A stretch of 64,000 bases of DNA from Planctomycetota bacterium (GTDB lineage Bacteria; Planctomycetota; GCA-002687715; CAIWVZ01): contig JBGANV010000004.1 of assembly GCA_044222185.1 (NCBI GenBank), positions 472,608 through 536,607 of the forward strand, given 5' to 3'. The stretch's first letter is position 1; each line of letters starts with the position of its first letter. This document shows, piece by piece, positions 1 through 9,881 of the stretch. The translations under genes were made by a program, and so were the position numbers. The notes under the pieces were generated by a model. That model made no database searches and was not told the DNA's origin. It saw nothing but the letters and a program-made list of their open reading frames with translations.

Positions 1-1
1 G

Positions 2-874
2 GGGTATCCGGGCGACGTCAACATCCGCAAGGATCGTCGCGTGCTGTTCTCGGAGGACTTCGAGGGCAAGGATCCGTTCCGCAACTGGACGGACGTGAAG
101 GGCGGTGACGGCGTGCGGCTCGTCGAAGACGGGACGCACGCGGGCAAGCGCTCCGTGTCCATCGCCGCCGACCTGTCGCGCGACGACGGCGGACACCTCT
201 TTCGCCGCCTCGCGTTCGGTGAAGACTCGGTGTACGTGCGCTTCTACGTGAAGTTCGTGGCGCCGGTGGAATACGTGCATCACTTCGTCACGCTGTCGGC
301 TGACGATCCGCCGCAGAAGTTTCCGGCTGGCGGCGCGGGCGTGTGCCCCGATGGTGGCCGACGGTTCTCGACGGCCATCGAGCCGTTCGGCTACCACGGG
401 AAGGCCGCGGCGCCGGGGAACTGGAGGCTCGCGTCCTATTGGTGCGAGATGGGGATCTCCTCCGACCTGAAGTACTGGGGGAACGCCTTCGAACCCGAGA
501 CGCCGATTCCGGCCGTTGCCGACACCTGGACCTGCGTCGAGTTCATGATTCGTGCGAACACCACGGCCACGTCGTCCGACGGCGCGCAGGCGTTCTGGAT
601 CAACGGTGAGTCCGGGACGGCCTTCGAGGGTTATCGCTGGCGCACGAACCCCAAGCTCAAGCTGAACGGCGTGTGGTTCCTGTATTTCATGTCGGCCGAC
701 GGCGCGAAGATGCACGGCTCGCTCGAACCGCGGCGCCAGACGTCCGTCCTGTTCGACGACATCGTCGTGGCGCGCGAGTACATCGGCCCGCAAACGGCTC
801 CGCCGCCGGAACCCGAACCGCCCAAGCCTGAAGGCGACGGCAAGGACGGCGACAACCACTCGGCATCGCGCTGA
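2..874 (+). CDS. Hypothetical beta-sandwich (polysaccharide lyase/ConA-like) protein, 5'-partial
   Basis: Frame is open from position 2 (GYPGDVNIRKDRRVLFSEDFE...). Beta-rich 'VYVRFYVKF', 'WTCVEFM', 'FDDIVVA' pattern; Pro-rich tail. Confidence 0.6.
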   Translation, partial: GYPGDVNIRKDRRVLFSEDFEGKDPFRNWTDVKGGDGVRLVEDGTHAGKRSVSIAADLSRDDGGHLFRRLAFGEDSVYVRFYVKFVAPVEYVHHFVTLSADDPPQKFPAGGAGVCPDGGRRFSTAIEPFGYHGKAAAPGNWRLASYWCEMGISSDLKYWGNAFEPETPIPAVADTWTCVEFMIRANTTATSSDGAQAFWINGESGTAFEGYRWRTNPKLKLNGVWFLYFMSADGAKMHGSLEPRRQTSVLFDDIVVAREYIGPQTAPPPEPEPPKPEGDGKDGDNHSASR

Positions 875-896
875 TCGTGCCCGGAGGCCTTGGCGC

Positions 897-1307
897 CTAT
901 TCGAACACGAAGTCGATCGGCGCGTCGATGTCCGGATGGATGCTCCGGTGCACGGGGCATCCGTGGGCGGCGGCCATGAGCGCCTTGTGATCCTCGTCCG
1001 ACAGCCGCATGGGGAACTTCACCGTGACGGGCAGCCGGGCGATGCGCCGCGGCGCCTCCGCAGTCATGTGCTTCTCGACCTTCACGGTGATTCCGCGCAG
1101 GTCGATGCCACGCCGCTCCGCGACCATCGACATGATCGTGACGACGCAGGTCCCGAGCGCCGTGGCCATCAGGTCGGTGGGCGAGAACGCACTCCCGTCA
1201 CCGCCGTTGTCCTTCGGCGCCGTCGTCTGAAGCTCTGAGCCGCTGGGCCCGTGCTTCGCCTTGCACGACGTCTTGCCCAGATAGTTGACCTGGATTTCCA
1301 CTACCAT
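897..1307 (-). CDS. OsmC/Ohr family protein
   Basis: 'FSPTDLMATALGTC' and 'GCPVHRS' conserved Cys motifs; 136 aa. Confidence 0.9.
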   Translation of the reverse strand: MVVEIQVNYLGKTSCKAKHGPSGSELQTTAPKDNGGDGSAFSPTDLMATALGTCVVTIMSMVAERRGIDLRGITVKVEKHMTAEAPRRIARLPVTVKFPMRLSDEDHKALMAAAHGCPVHRSIHPDIDAPIDFVFE

Positions 1308-1395
1308 GGCGTGCTCCTGGATCGGACCCGCAGCCCGCGGATCGGTGGGACAATCCGCGGTGGAGCACGCGCCGGCAAGGGGCGCTGGCGTCAGC

Positions 1396-2055
1396 TCACC
1401 GATCCATCATTTCCGGATGGGCGTCCCCGCGGGACATGCGCCACGAGTGGTAGGCGATCTCGATCGCGTCGACGGACTTCTGGGATTCTTCACGTACCCA
1501 GCGGTCGCGTTCGTCGTGGCAGTGGGCCCTGAGAGCGTCGAGCGCCGGATAGCCGTGGTGGCCCATGCGGCCGAGAGCCATGGCGGCAAACCGCCGGACG
1601 TAGGCGTCCGTGTCGTCCATGGCGCGGGTGAGAGCCGGAACGGCTTCGAGGAACGCCGGCTCGCCGATGTGGTAGAGGGTGAACGCGGCCTGGCGTCGCA
1701 CGGGCACGTCGGGATCGGCGAGGCAAGCGGAGAGCTTGGGCGACGCGGGCAGGGCCTCGGCGCGGTAATTCGCGAGCGTGGAGATGGCTGAGTACCGCAC
1801 GTCGGAGTCGGCGTCCGCGAGCTCGGGCTCGACGGCCGGAATCGCCGAGGGTCCCATCTTGGTGAGCGCCGCGACGGCCGCATCCCGGGTCGCGCGGTCC
1901 TTCGTGTGGAAGTCCTTCGCCCAGTCGGCCGCCGAGCGCCCCTCGGCGACGGGGCGCGACTCGGCATCGGCTTCGGCCGTCGTCTCGCACGCGGAAGTGA
2001 AACCGAGCCCTGCCACCAGGACTACGAACGCGAGTCGATTGATCATGTCCTTCAA
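1396..2055 (-). CDS. HEAT-repeat lipoprotein
   Basis: Signal peptide ending 'FTSAC' (lipobox-like); repeated 'LADxDxxVRxxAAxxL' HEAT/PBS-lyase units. Confidence 0.8.
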   Translation of the reverse strand: MKDMINRLAFVVLVAGLGFTSACETTAEADAESRPVAEGRSAADWAKDFHTKDRATRDAAVAALTKMGPSAIPAVEPELADADSDVRYSAISTLANYRAEALPASPKLSACLADPDVPVRRQAAFTLYHIGEPAFLEAVPALTRAMDDTDAYVRRFAAMALGRMGHHGYPALDALRAHCHDERDRWVREESQKSVDAIEIAYHSWRMSRGDAHPEMMDR

Positions 2056-2228
2056 CGTCCAAGCTCCCTTGAGCGCGCCATCCTATGTCTCGAGGACAGT
2101 TATCGGAATGCGGAGCCGCCCGACCGCACCCGGGATCGCCGGGGATACGGCCTGAGACTTCCACGAGACGGTGGCGCAGGGTCGTACAGCCGCTTGTCGC
2201 CGCCGCCTGGACGGTGCATCTTGCGGAC

Positions 2229-2729
2229 ATGAGCCTTGCTGCCACGACTTTTGGCGAGCTGTACTCGGTGAACTGGGGCTCCTTGCGCGCCACGTGCCGG
2301 GACGTCAGCGAGGACGAGGCGCGCATCCGCCCCGGCGGACGCCAGAACCCGATCCACTGGCTTGCGGGCCACGTCGCTGCATACCGAGCCCACGTCTTGA
2401 AGCGCCTCGACGCGCCGCTCGACGTCGGCCTGGAGCTCGCTCGCCACTTCGGGAAGGACACCCAACCGGGCGAGACGGGCACGACGCCCACCCTCGCCGA
2501 GATCCTCGCAGCGTGCGCCAGGCTGCACGAAGCGCTCCTGGCACGCCTCAAGACCCTGGGTGACGACGCGCTCTCCGTGAAGACGCCCACCCCGGGCGGC
2601 CGTGAGATGCCCGTCGTGTCGTTCTTCTATTTCCACGAGACGTACCACATCGGCCAGATCGGTTACGCCCGCACCTGGCTGGGCAAGGCGCCCCTGGTCC
2701 CCAAGGGCCCGGTGGCGGGCGCGTCCTGA
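2229..2729 (+). CDS. DinB/YfiT family protein
   Basis: 'NPIHWLAGHV' and 'FHETYHIGQI' His motifs; ATG at 2229 chosen. Confidence 0.85.
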   Translation: MSLAATTFGELYSVNWGSLRATCRDVSEDEARIRPGGRQNPIHWLAGHVAAYRAHVLKRLDAPLDVGLELARHFGKDTQPGETGTTPTLAEILAACARLHEALLARLKTLGDDALSVKTPTPGGREMPVVSFFYFHETYHIGQIGYARTWLGKAPLVPKGPVAGAS

Positions 2730-2773
2730 ATCCGACGCCGCACTGCGGCATCGAGAACCGGATCGGCTGAAGC

Positions 2774-3913
2774 ATGCACGTGTTCATCCTGGGTCGGGCC
2801 GAGCGGGCCGAGCGTATCGACCTCCTTCGTCGCGACACGCTCGAGTTTCGCAGTCGCCGCGGCCTGCGGCACGTGGATCGGATCCTCGTCGAAGCTCTGC
2901 CCAAGGTCGCTCCGACGCGCGCCCTGACGGGGCTCGACTCCGAGGGCTCGGTCGCCCTGGCGCTGAACGCCATCCATCCCCAGACGCGCGCCACCTGGTT
3001 TCACTTGGATGCGTACGTTGCCGATCGCGTCGCGGGGAACCTGCGCACGCATGGCGCCGACCCGGCGATCGCCGTCGTCGCGCCGGATCTCCCGGGTCAC
3101 CAACCGGCCGGCGACGTGACGCCGGAATTCGACCTCATCGCCCTGCCGTTTCCGGCGGGCGGCGAGGCGCTCTTCGCCCGGGAACTCGTCGAGGAGGCGC
3201 ACGATCTCCTGCTCGAAGGTGGCAAGCTCATCGCGGCGACGGACCGATCACCGGAGTGGACGGCCAGAGTGGCCCGCGAGGTCTTCGGCAAGATCGACAT
3301 CGTGAAGGCCGAGGGCGGTGGGGCCGTCATCCACTGCGTGCGCCGGTCGATGAAGCGCGCGTGGAAGGATCACAGTCACGTCGTTCACCTCGAACAGGGC
3401 GAGCGCACGCTGGCGTTCCGCACGCGGCCCGGGGTGTTCTCCTACGGTCACGTGGACCGAGGAACGAAGGCGCTCCTCGACGTGGCGAGAATCCCCAATC
3501 GCTCACGGATCCTGGACATCGGCTGCGGCTACGGAGTCCTCGGGATCGCCACGGCCGTGGCGTGCGGCGGATCGACGGTGCTCGTGGACTCGAACGCCCG
3601 CGCCGTGCAGCTTGCGGGGGAGAACGCCGCGACCTCCGGTGTGGCCGACGCCAGGGCGATCCTCGTGGCCGATGCGCCGCGCTTCGACGAGACGGGGTTC
3701 GACGCCGTGCTCGCAAACCCGCCCTACTTCGCCGACTACCGCATCGCCGAATCGTTCATCGAAGGCGCGTGGCGCGCGCTAAAAGCGGGCGGATCCCTCT
3801 GGCTCGTCGCGAAGGCCATCGACGAGCACATGACGCGCGTCGAGGATCGCTTCGGCGTGGCGCACGTGGAGGAGTGCGACGGCTACGGCGTGATCCACGC
3901 GACGCGGGCCTGA
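2774..3913 (+). CDS. RsmC-like SAM-dependent methyltransferase (MTS domain)
   Basis: 'RPGVFSYGHVDRGT', 'ILDIGCGYG', 'LANPPY' motifs; two-domain RsmC/RlmG length. Confidence 0.8.
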   Translation: MHVFILGRAERAERIDLLRRDTLEFRSRRGLRHVDRILVEALPKVAPTRALTGLDSEGSVALALNAIHPQTRATWFHLDAYVADRVAGNLRTHGADPAIAVVAPDLPGHQPAGDVTPEFDLIALPFPAGGEALFARELVEEAHDLLLEGGKLIAATDRSPEWTARVAREVFGKIDIVKAEGGGAVIHCVRRSMKRAWKDHSHVVHLEQGERTLAFRTRPGVFSYGHVDRGTKALLDVARIPNRSRILDIGCGYGVLGIATAVACGGSTVLVDSNARAVQLAGENAATSGVADARAILVADAPRFDETGFDAVLANPPYFADYRIAESFIEGAWRALKAGGSLWLVAKAIDEHMTRVEDRFGVAHVEECDGYGVIHATRA

Positions 3914-3959
3914 GCGGAGCGGCCGCGGCAGCAAGCGCTGCCGCGACGCGCGAGACGCC

Positions 3960-6107
3960 TCAGATCACGACCATGTTGAGGATGTAGGCGCGGGTCGTCG
4001 TCGCCGTGCCGAAGATCAGCTGCTGCTGGATGAAGAGCAGCCAGGACTGGCCGGGGATCGTGAGGCCGCCTTCATTGACGAGGATGGCCGAGTTGAAGCC
4101 GATGCCCGGGCTGCCGCCGTTCGGCCACGCGAACGGGAACGGCGTGACGCCGTCGTCGTCGTTCGTGGCGACGAGCGGGTTGCCGCCCGAGGCGTACAGG
4201 GCGATGAACGGGTTGTAGACGCCGTTCGCCGCGGCGCCCGTCTCGAAGAGCGAGTCGACGAGCGAGTACTGCGACGTTCCCGTCTGCACCTTCACGCCGA
4301 GCACCTCGATGTAGATGTTCTGCCCGGCGCTGACCGGGATGCCGACGATCGTGCCCGGCGGGCTGCCGGTCGTGCCCGTCGCGCCGTAGGTCTGCGTGTT
4401 CGGCGTGCCGGCAGCGCCGCCCGTCGGAACCGCGGACACCGTGCCGCTCTTCACGAACAGAAGTTCGGGAAGGATGCCCACGGGCGCGAAGAACGAGTTG
4501 TCCCAGGTCAGGCTCGTACGGCCCGAGGCGTTGTCCGTGACCGTCACGGAGTGGCCGCCGATCAAGAACCGCGGGTTCGTCGTCGCCAGGTTCGGGATGG
4601 TGAACGTGAGCGTCGTCGCGTTCGTCGGCGTCGCGGTCACGGTGACCGGCGAATACAGGCCGTGGATCGGCGTCAGCGTGATCGTGCAGGGGCCGGCCGG
4701 GAAGTTGTTGCCGGAAATGTCGATGGCCGTGCCGGCAGCCTTGGCGTTGACCTGGAGGCCCGCCGAGTTGAACTGCTTCACCGACGGGGCGTTCGTGATG
4801 ACGTGGACGTTCAGCATGTAGTCGCCCGTGGCGAACGCCGCCGGGACGACCGAACCGACGAGGACCTGGTAGGAGTCGGTGACGCGGGCTTGGAACGTGA
4901 GCTTGGGATTGAAGCCCGGGCCGCTGTCGTCGTCGCCGTGGATGAGGAAGTTGTTGGTGCCCGTCGAGTCGTAGGTGAGCGGCAGGCCGTTCCCGATCTC
5001 GATGAAGTTCAGGAGAAGGTCTGCACCCTGCGTCGCGCCGGGGTTGAACGTGCGGCCGTACCCGTCGAGCAGCGTCGTGCGACCGACGTTCATCGAGAAC
5101 GCCTCGACGGTGACGACGTCGCCCGCGTTCAGCGTCATCGTGTAGGTGTGGACCGCGGTGGCCGAGATCAGCGCGTTCGTGACCGTCGCGTACTTGTCGG
5201 TCGTCGAGTACGGGCTCGTCGTCAGCGTCAATGTGTTGGCGACGCCCGTGACCGCCGTGGGGCCGTTGGGATTGATCACGGCGAGGAACGTGCGCATCTC
5301 GTCGGGATCGGATTCGGACGGATATCCTGGCGCCGTGGAATCTTCGTAGGTCACCGGGCCGGAGCCCGCACCGAGCGGCACGGAGAAGTTCAGCGAGGGC
5401 GAGTTGACGGGGAGCGTGGCTCCACCGTTGCCGTTCGCCGGGTTGAACCGCGTGAAATTCGCGACGCCGCCCGAGCCGCCGGACGTGGAGAGGGAAACCG
5501 GCGTGAACTCACCGGCGAAGTTCGGCGTGATCGATGCGATGCCGGGGTGAACTTCGAGCTGGACTGCGTTGCTGAGGCGCAGCGAGTTGAAGGCCGCCGG
5601 ATCGAGGATGGCTGTCTGAAGCGTCCAGCAGGTGTTGTTGATGCCGGGGACGTTCGCCAGGTTCATCGAGAGCTGGAAGACGAACTGGGGGCTCGGCGTC
5701 GCGATGAACGGGTTCGGGATCCCGAAGTTGAAGAGACCGATGCCATCGGCGATCGCGCCGAACGGCACGGAGAAGTCGAGCCACACGTCTCCCGATCCCG
5801 GAATCGACTGCGGGCCTGCGACGGGCGGGCCCGCCGTGTAGACGATCGAGAGCGGAAGTCCCGCGGAGCCCGAGACGTTCGTCAACTGCATCGTGATCGG
5901 ACCCAGTGCCGACGACACCGCGATGTTGTCCTGCGCCGTCGGGGTGAACAGGCTGTTGGCCGTCGAGTTCGTCTGCGTGAAGACGTTGAACTCGTTGCCG
6001 GTGACGGTCGTGTTGTTCAGGAAGGCCGTCGGCGGCGTATTCGGGCATTGCGCCGCGACCACCCAGGCGAGGGCGAGCGCGAACGGAACGGAGAGGGATC
6101 GTGACAT
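3960..6107 (-). CDS. Large secreted protein with PPC-like and Ig/TIG-like beta domains
   Basis: Signal peptide MSRSLSVPFALALAWVVAAQ; Thr/Asn/Gly-rich; PPC-like segments 'YTMTLNAGDVVTVE...DDDSG' and 'TNDDDG...NSAI'. Confidence 0.7.
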   Translation of the reverse strand: MSRSLSVPFALALAWVVAAQCPNTPPTAFLNNTTVTGNEFNVFTQTNSTANSLFTPTAQDNIAVSSALGPITMQLTNVSGSAGLPLSIVYTAGPPVAGPQSIPGSGDVWLDFSVPFGAIADGIGLFNFGIPNPFIATPSPQFVFQLSMNLANVPGINNTCWTLQTAILDPAAFNSLRLSNAVQLEVHPGIASITPNFAGEFTPVSLSTSGGSGGVANFTRFNPANGNGGATLPVNSPSLNFSVPLGAGSGPVTYEDSTAPGYPSESDPDEMRTFLAVINPNGPTAVTGVANTLTLTTSPYSTTDKYATVTNALISATAVHTYTMTLNAGDVVTVEAFSMNVGRTTLLDGYGRTFNPGATQGADLLLNFIEIGNGLPLTYDSTGTNNFLIHGDDDSGPGFNPKLTFQARVTDSYQVLVGSVVPAAFATGDYMLNVHVITNAPSVKQFNSAGLQVNAKAAGTAIDISGNNFPAGPCTITLTPIHGLYSPVTVTATPTNATTLTFTIPNLATTNPRFLIGGHSVTVTDNASGRTSLTWDNSFFAPVGILPELLFVKSGTVSAVPTGGAAGTPNTQTYGATGTTGSPPGTIVGIPVSAGQNIYIEVLGVKVQTGTSQYSLVDSLFETGAAANGVYNPFIALYASGGNPLVATNDDDGVTPFPFAWPNGGSPGIGFNSAILVNEGGLTIPGQSWLLFIQQQLIFGTATTTRAYILNMVVI

Positions 6108-6291
6108 GGGGATCTCCGAAAGCGGGAGCGTTCCTCTGATGGAAGCAGCGGCTGTTCGCCGCTGGGTGAAGTTCAAGCGCGTCGAGTCTATGAAGCGCGA
6201 GGCCGGACCTGCAAGGTCCTGGCACGATCGGAGATCGGTCTCGTGTGGACCGCGTGGCGCTGGGGATCGGTGGCGGCCGACGCAGGAATGG

Positions 6292-8094
6292 TCAGCCGAG
6301 GTGGGCGCGCGCGCTGTCTCCCATCGGAAGTCCCTCGGGGAAATAGTCTTTCCACCGCCGGTCGACCGTCTCCGCCGTACGTGAGTCGCAGATTAACTCG
6401 GCGGGGTGGTGAGGTTTCTTGCGCGCGTCGATGACGACAGGGGGTGTCCATGACGGGTGGTTGCGCACCAGTTCGAGGCTCGCGGCGTGGATGTCCGCGG
6501 CGGGTTCGAAGCGCGTGAATGTCGTCCAGAGGAACGATGCTTCGGATCGGACGGCCTCGGCGACATCGTCCACGAGTACGACCAGCGGCCACTTCGCAAA
6601 CGACGACGTTCGTGCGACCCGCCGTCCGGCATCGGGTTCGGCGGCGAACGAAGGCCCCGAGACGACGAGACATCCGGGACACCAGGCACGGGCGTCTTCG
6701 ACCTCGGGCGGGAGAGCGCCATCGAACACGGCCGGCAGCGCGCGGATTGCGGGGCCGACTCCCAGGAGCACGCCCTTGCTGCCTTCGTTCACCTTGGGGC
6801 CGCAGTAGTCGAGCGTGTCCATGGAGAGGTTGCCGAAGACGTAGAGGTCCGAGCGGAAATCGGCGCGCGCAAGCACGTGCTCGAGCACGCGACGGAAGTC
6901 GCGCAACGGAACGGACTCGTCCAGGACGAGCAGGAATTTCGTGAGCGAGAGCTGGCCCTCGCCGAGTATGCGGAACGCGCTCGCCATCGCCTCGCGCTTG
7001 TAGCGCTGCGCGACCACGGCGGCAGAAAGCGAGTGGTAGCCCGTCTCGCCGTAGGACCACAGATCGCGCACGGCGGGCATCACGACCGGGAATAGCGGCG
7101 ACAACAGCTCCTGGAGGAAGTCTCCGATGAAGAAGTCCTCCTGGCGCGGCTTGCCGACGACGGTCGCGGGGAGGATCGCATCGCGTCGGTGATAGATCGT
7201 CCGCGGACGGAACACCGGATAGTCGTGCGTGAGCGAGTAGTAGCCGTAGTGATCGCCGAACGGGCCCTCGGGGCGACGCTCGTGCGGGCGCACCTCACCG
7301 ACCAGGGCGAACTCGGCCTCCGCGGGCACGGGCAGGGTCGTTTCCGGGACGCGCACGAGTGGCAGTTTCTCGCCGAGGACGAGCGAGGCGAGCAGGAGTT
7401 CGGGGACGTTCTCGGGAAGTGGGGCGATGGCCGCGAGAATCAGCGCCGGAGGGCCGCCGAGGAACACGTTCACGGGCAGCGGTTCGTTGCGTCCCTCGGC
7501 GACGGCGTGGTGGAATCCGCCGCCCTTGCCGATCTGCCAGTGCATGCCGAACGTGGCGTCCGAGAAGCGCTGCATCCGGTACATGCCCAGGTTGTGTCCG
7601 TGCGTGAGCGGATGCTGCGTGTAGACGAGAGGCAGCGTGAGGAACGCGCCGCCGTCTTCGGCCCAGGTTCGCAGGAGCGGCATGGTCGCCGCCACGCCTG
7701 GTTCGCCACGCACGGCGGACACGGGGCCGGTTCCTCGACGCGCCATCCCTACTTTCGTGAGGGACCGAATCAGGCGTCGCTGTGACCACAGTCGCCCGAG
7801 CGACGGCGGCATGAGCTCTTCCGGCAGCCGCGCGACCTGGGCGATGATCTCGCGCGGCCGATCGCCGAACGCGAGCTGAACGCGTTCGCGAGTCCCGAAC
7901 AGGTTGGTCACGAGCGGGAAGGCCGCGCCCTTCACGTTCTCGAAGAGGAGCGCCGGGCCGCCGGCGGCGATCACGCGGCGGTGGATCTCCGCAGCCTCCA
8001 GGTCCGAATCGACCTCGACGCGGATGCGTCGCAAATCGTTCCGATCGTTCAGTGCGGCGAGGAACTGCCTCAGGTTGCGAAATGCGGCGCCCAT
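6292..8094 (-). CDS. UbiD family decarboxylase (probably menaquinone-pathway type)
   Basis: 'GGPALLFENV', 'NLGMYRMQ', 'EGPFGDHYGYY', 'TVVGKPRQED' motifs; ATG at 8094 chosen. Confidence 0.9.
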   Translation of the reverse strand: MGAAFRNLRQFLAALNDRNDLRRIRVEVDSDLEAAEIHRRVIAAGGPALLFENVKGAAFPLVTNLFGTRERVQLAFGDRPREIIAQVARLPEELMPPSLGRLWSQRRLIRSLTKVGMARRGTGPVSAVRGEPGVAATMPLLRTWAEDGGAFLTLPLVYTQHPLTHGHNLGMYRMQRFSDATFGMHWQIGKGGGFHHAVAEGRNEPLPVNVFLGGPPALILAAIAPLPENVPELLLASLVLGEKLPLVRVPETTLPVPAEAEFALVGEVRPHERRPEGPFGDHYGYYSLTHDYPVFRPRTIYHRRDAILPATVVGKPRQEDFFIGDFLQELLSPLFPVVMPAVRDLWSYGETGYHSLSAAVVAQRYKREAMASAFRILGEGQLSLTKFLLVLDESVPLRDFRRVLEHVLARADFRSDLYVFGNLSMDTLDYCGPKVNEGSKGVLLGVGPAIRALPAVFDGALPPEVEDARAWCPGCLVVSGPSFAAEPDAGRRVARTSSFAKWPLVVLVDDVAEAVRSEASFLWTTFTRFEPAADIHAASLELVRNHPSWTPPVVIDARKKPHHPAELICDSRTAETVDRRWKDYFPEGLPMGDSARAHLG

Positions 8095-8208
8095 GGCGTG
8101 GCAGCTTTGTAACCGGCGGGGTCGTTCGCCTGCAGGCCCGCGCGAGGGACGATCGCCATCGTCGCGGTGCTTTTCGCTGGCGGTCGCGCGGCTACCGTGG
8201 AGCACGTC

Positions 8209-8727
8209 ATGGCCGCTCCTCCGTCCTCATCGTCGTCCCACCGGCAGCCCGCGTCCGGCAGCAAACGCGAACGAAGTCCGGCCCAGATCCGCGAGTTCGA
8301 GCTGCGTGTCTGGGATCTCGCCAAGAACCTCATCCATCCGGCGTTCGTGTACGCGACGTGCCAGGTTGCCATGTGGTGCGCGTTCGAGCGCAACGGGGCC
8401 TTCGCGTGGCCGCACCCCGGGTTCTGGTGGCGGACGGGAATTCACGCCATCCAATTCCTGGGTGCTTGGGCCGTGTTCTACGGCACTTTGCTCCGTGACA
8501 TGCTCGTCGAGACCGTGACGCCGACCGTCATCGCCTGGATCGCCGTCGTCGGCACCGTGATCGCCTGGACGTGGCCGTCACCGCGGTCCGAGCTGGCCTG
8601 CGTCGCCTACTGGGTCATCCTCGGAGTTCAGCTCGCAACGGCGCTCACCGGGTGGGGAATCGCGGCCGCTCAGTGGTTCCGCTCGAAGCGCCGGTACCTG
8701 GCGGAGCATCCGGAGGAGGACGCGTGA
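8209..8727 (+). CDS. Hypothetical membrane protein
   Basis: About 4 hydrophobic segments; stop overlaps next start (GTGA). Confidence 0.6.
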   Translation: MAAPPSSSSSHRQPASGSKRERSPAQIREFELRVWDLAKNLIHPAFVYATCQVAMWCAFERNGAFAWPHPGFWWRTGIHAIQFLGAWAVFYGTLLRDMLVETVTPTVIAWIAVVGTVIAWTWPSPRSELACVAYWVILGVQLATALTGWGIAAAQWFRSKRRYLAEHPEEDA

Positions 8728-9224
8728 TCCACGGGGTCCTTGCAAGTCTCCAGAGCAACGCCGAACGGAGTCAGGAAGACTTCTTCGGCTGGAAGGTCGC
8801 GGCCTGGACGATCATCCCCATGTTGATCGTGTTCCTGCTCGCACGGTCACGGCGGCAGAAGGAGCCCGAGCCGCCGCACGTCACGGACGCCGATTTCGAC
8901 GCCGAGGTGCTCCAGAGCCCCGTGCCGGTCCTCGTCCATTTCTACCGGGAGTGGAGCATCGGTGACCGCGTGATGATCAACCAGGCCCGCAGGCTCGCCG
9001 AGCGGAACGGCCCGGCCCTGAAAGTCCGCTGGCTCGAGGTCGAGCAGTCGCCGGCCACCGTCGCACGGTTCAGCCACATCGAAACGCCGGCGTTCCTGTT
9101 CTTCGCCGATGGGAAGTGCCTTTTCCACTGCGAAGGCGTCGTGGACGAGGCGGACGTTCATCGAGAAATCTGGCAGGCCCACGAAAAACACCTCAAGCGC
9201 CGCCAAAGTCCGCCAGCGGGCTGA
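8724..9224 (+). CDS. Membrane-anchored thioredoxin-fold protein lacking CxxC
   Basis: TM helix, then 'VTDADFDAEVLQSPVPVLVHFYREWSIGD' (WCGPC replaced) and 'ETPAFLFFADGK'. Confidence 0.75.
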   Translation: MIHGVLASLQSNAERSQEDFFGWKVAAWTIIPMLIVFLLARSRRQKEPEPPHVTDADFDAEVLQSPVPVLVHFYREWSIGDRVMINQARRLAERNGPALKVRWLEVEQSPATVARFSHIETPAFLFFADGKCLFHCEGVVDEADVHREIWQAHEKHLKRRQSPPAG

Positions 9225-9285
9225 CCCGCCGTGCTTGCGGGAGCTTGGCGGCCCAATATGATCTCCGGACTCATCGGGAACCCAG

Positions 9286-9603
9286 ATGGCTGAAGCACTC
9301 ATCAACACCAAGCGCAAGCGCAAGCCCAAGGACATCGCTGTCATCACCGACAACTGCACGGGCTGCGCAGGGTCGCCGGTGTGCCAGGAGCTGTGCCCCG
9401 TCGAGGACTGCATGAACCTCATCGTCGACGAGGATCACCAGCCCTTCGGCTACATCTGGGTCGACCCGGTGAAGTGCATCGGCTGCAAGAAGTGCGTGAC
9501 CAAGGGTCCGGACGGCACCTGGCTCGAAGGCTGCCCCTGGAACGCCATCGTCATGCAGCCCACGGCCGAGTGGGAAGCCAGCAACGGCGTCCTGCCGTTC
9601 TGA
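9286..9603 (+). CDS. 2x[4Fe-4S] ferredoxin
   Basis: CTGC-x5-CQELCP and CIGCKKC-x12-CP motifs. Confidence 0.85.
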   Translation: MAEALINTKRKRKPKDIAVITDNCTGCAGSPVCQELCPVEDCMNLIVDEDHQPFGYIWVDPVKCIGCKKCVTKGPDGTWLEGCPWNAIVMQPTAEWEASNGVLPF

Positions 9604-9881
9604 TCAGGCGCCCCCGCCAAGTACGAGCCGCGGTTGCGTGCGGCGTACCGCGATCGTCGACGTAGCGTGGTTCGTGGAGCGACGTCTGCGGGGGTTTCAC
9701 CGCAGGATCGATCATCGCGGCGAGTTCCAGTCAGGCGATCAACTCGATCTATCACCGTGGTCGGGCCAACCTTCGAGCCTCGGCGGCGGCGTTCCGCCAA
9801 GGCTCTCACCCCATCGCGCGGGCTCGGTTCGGCACTCGACGGCGCGTCGACCGCGGCGCGAGTCGGGCCCTGGCCCCTCGG

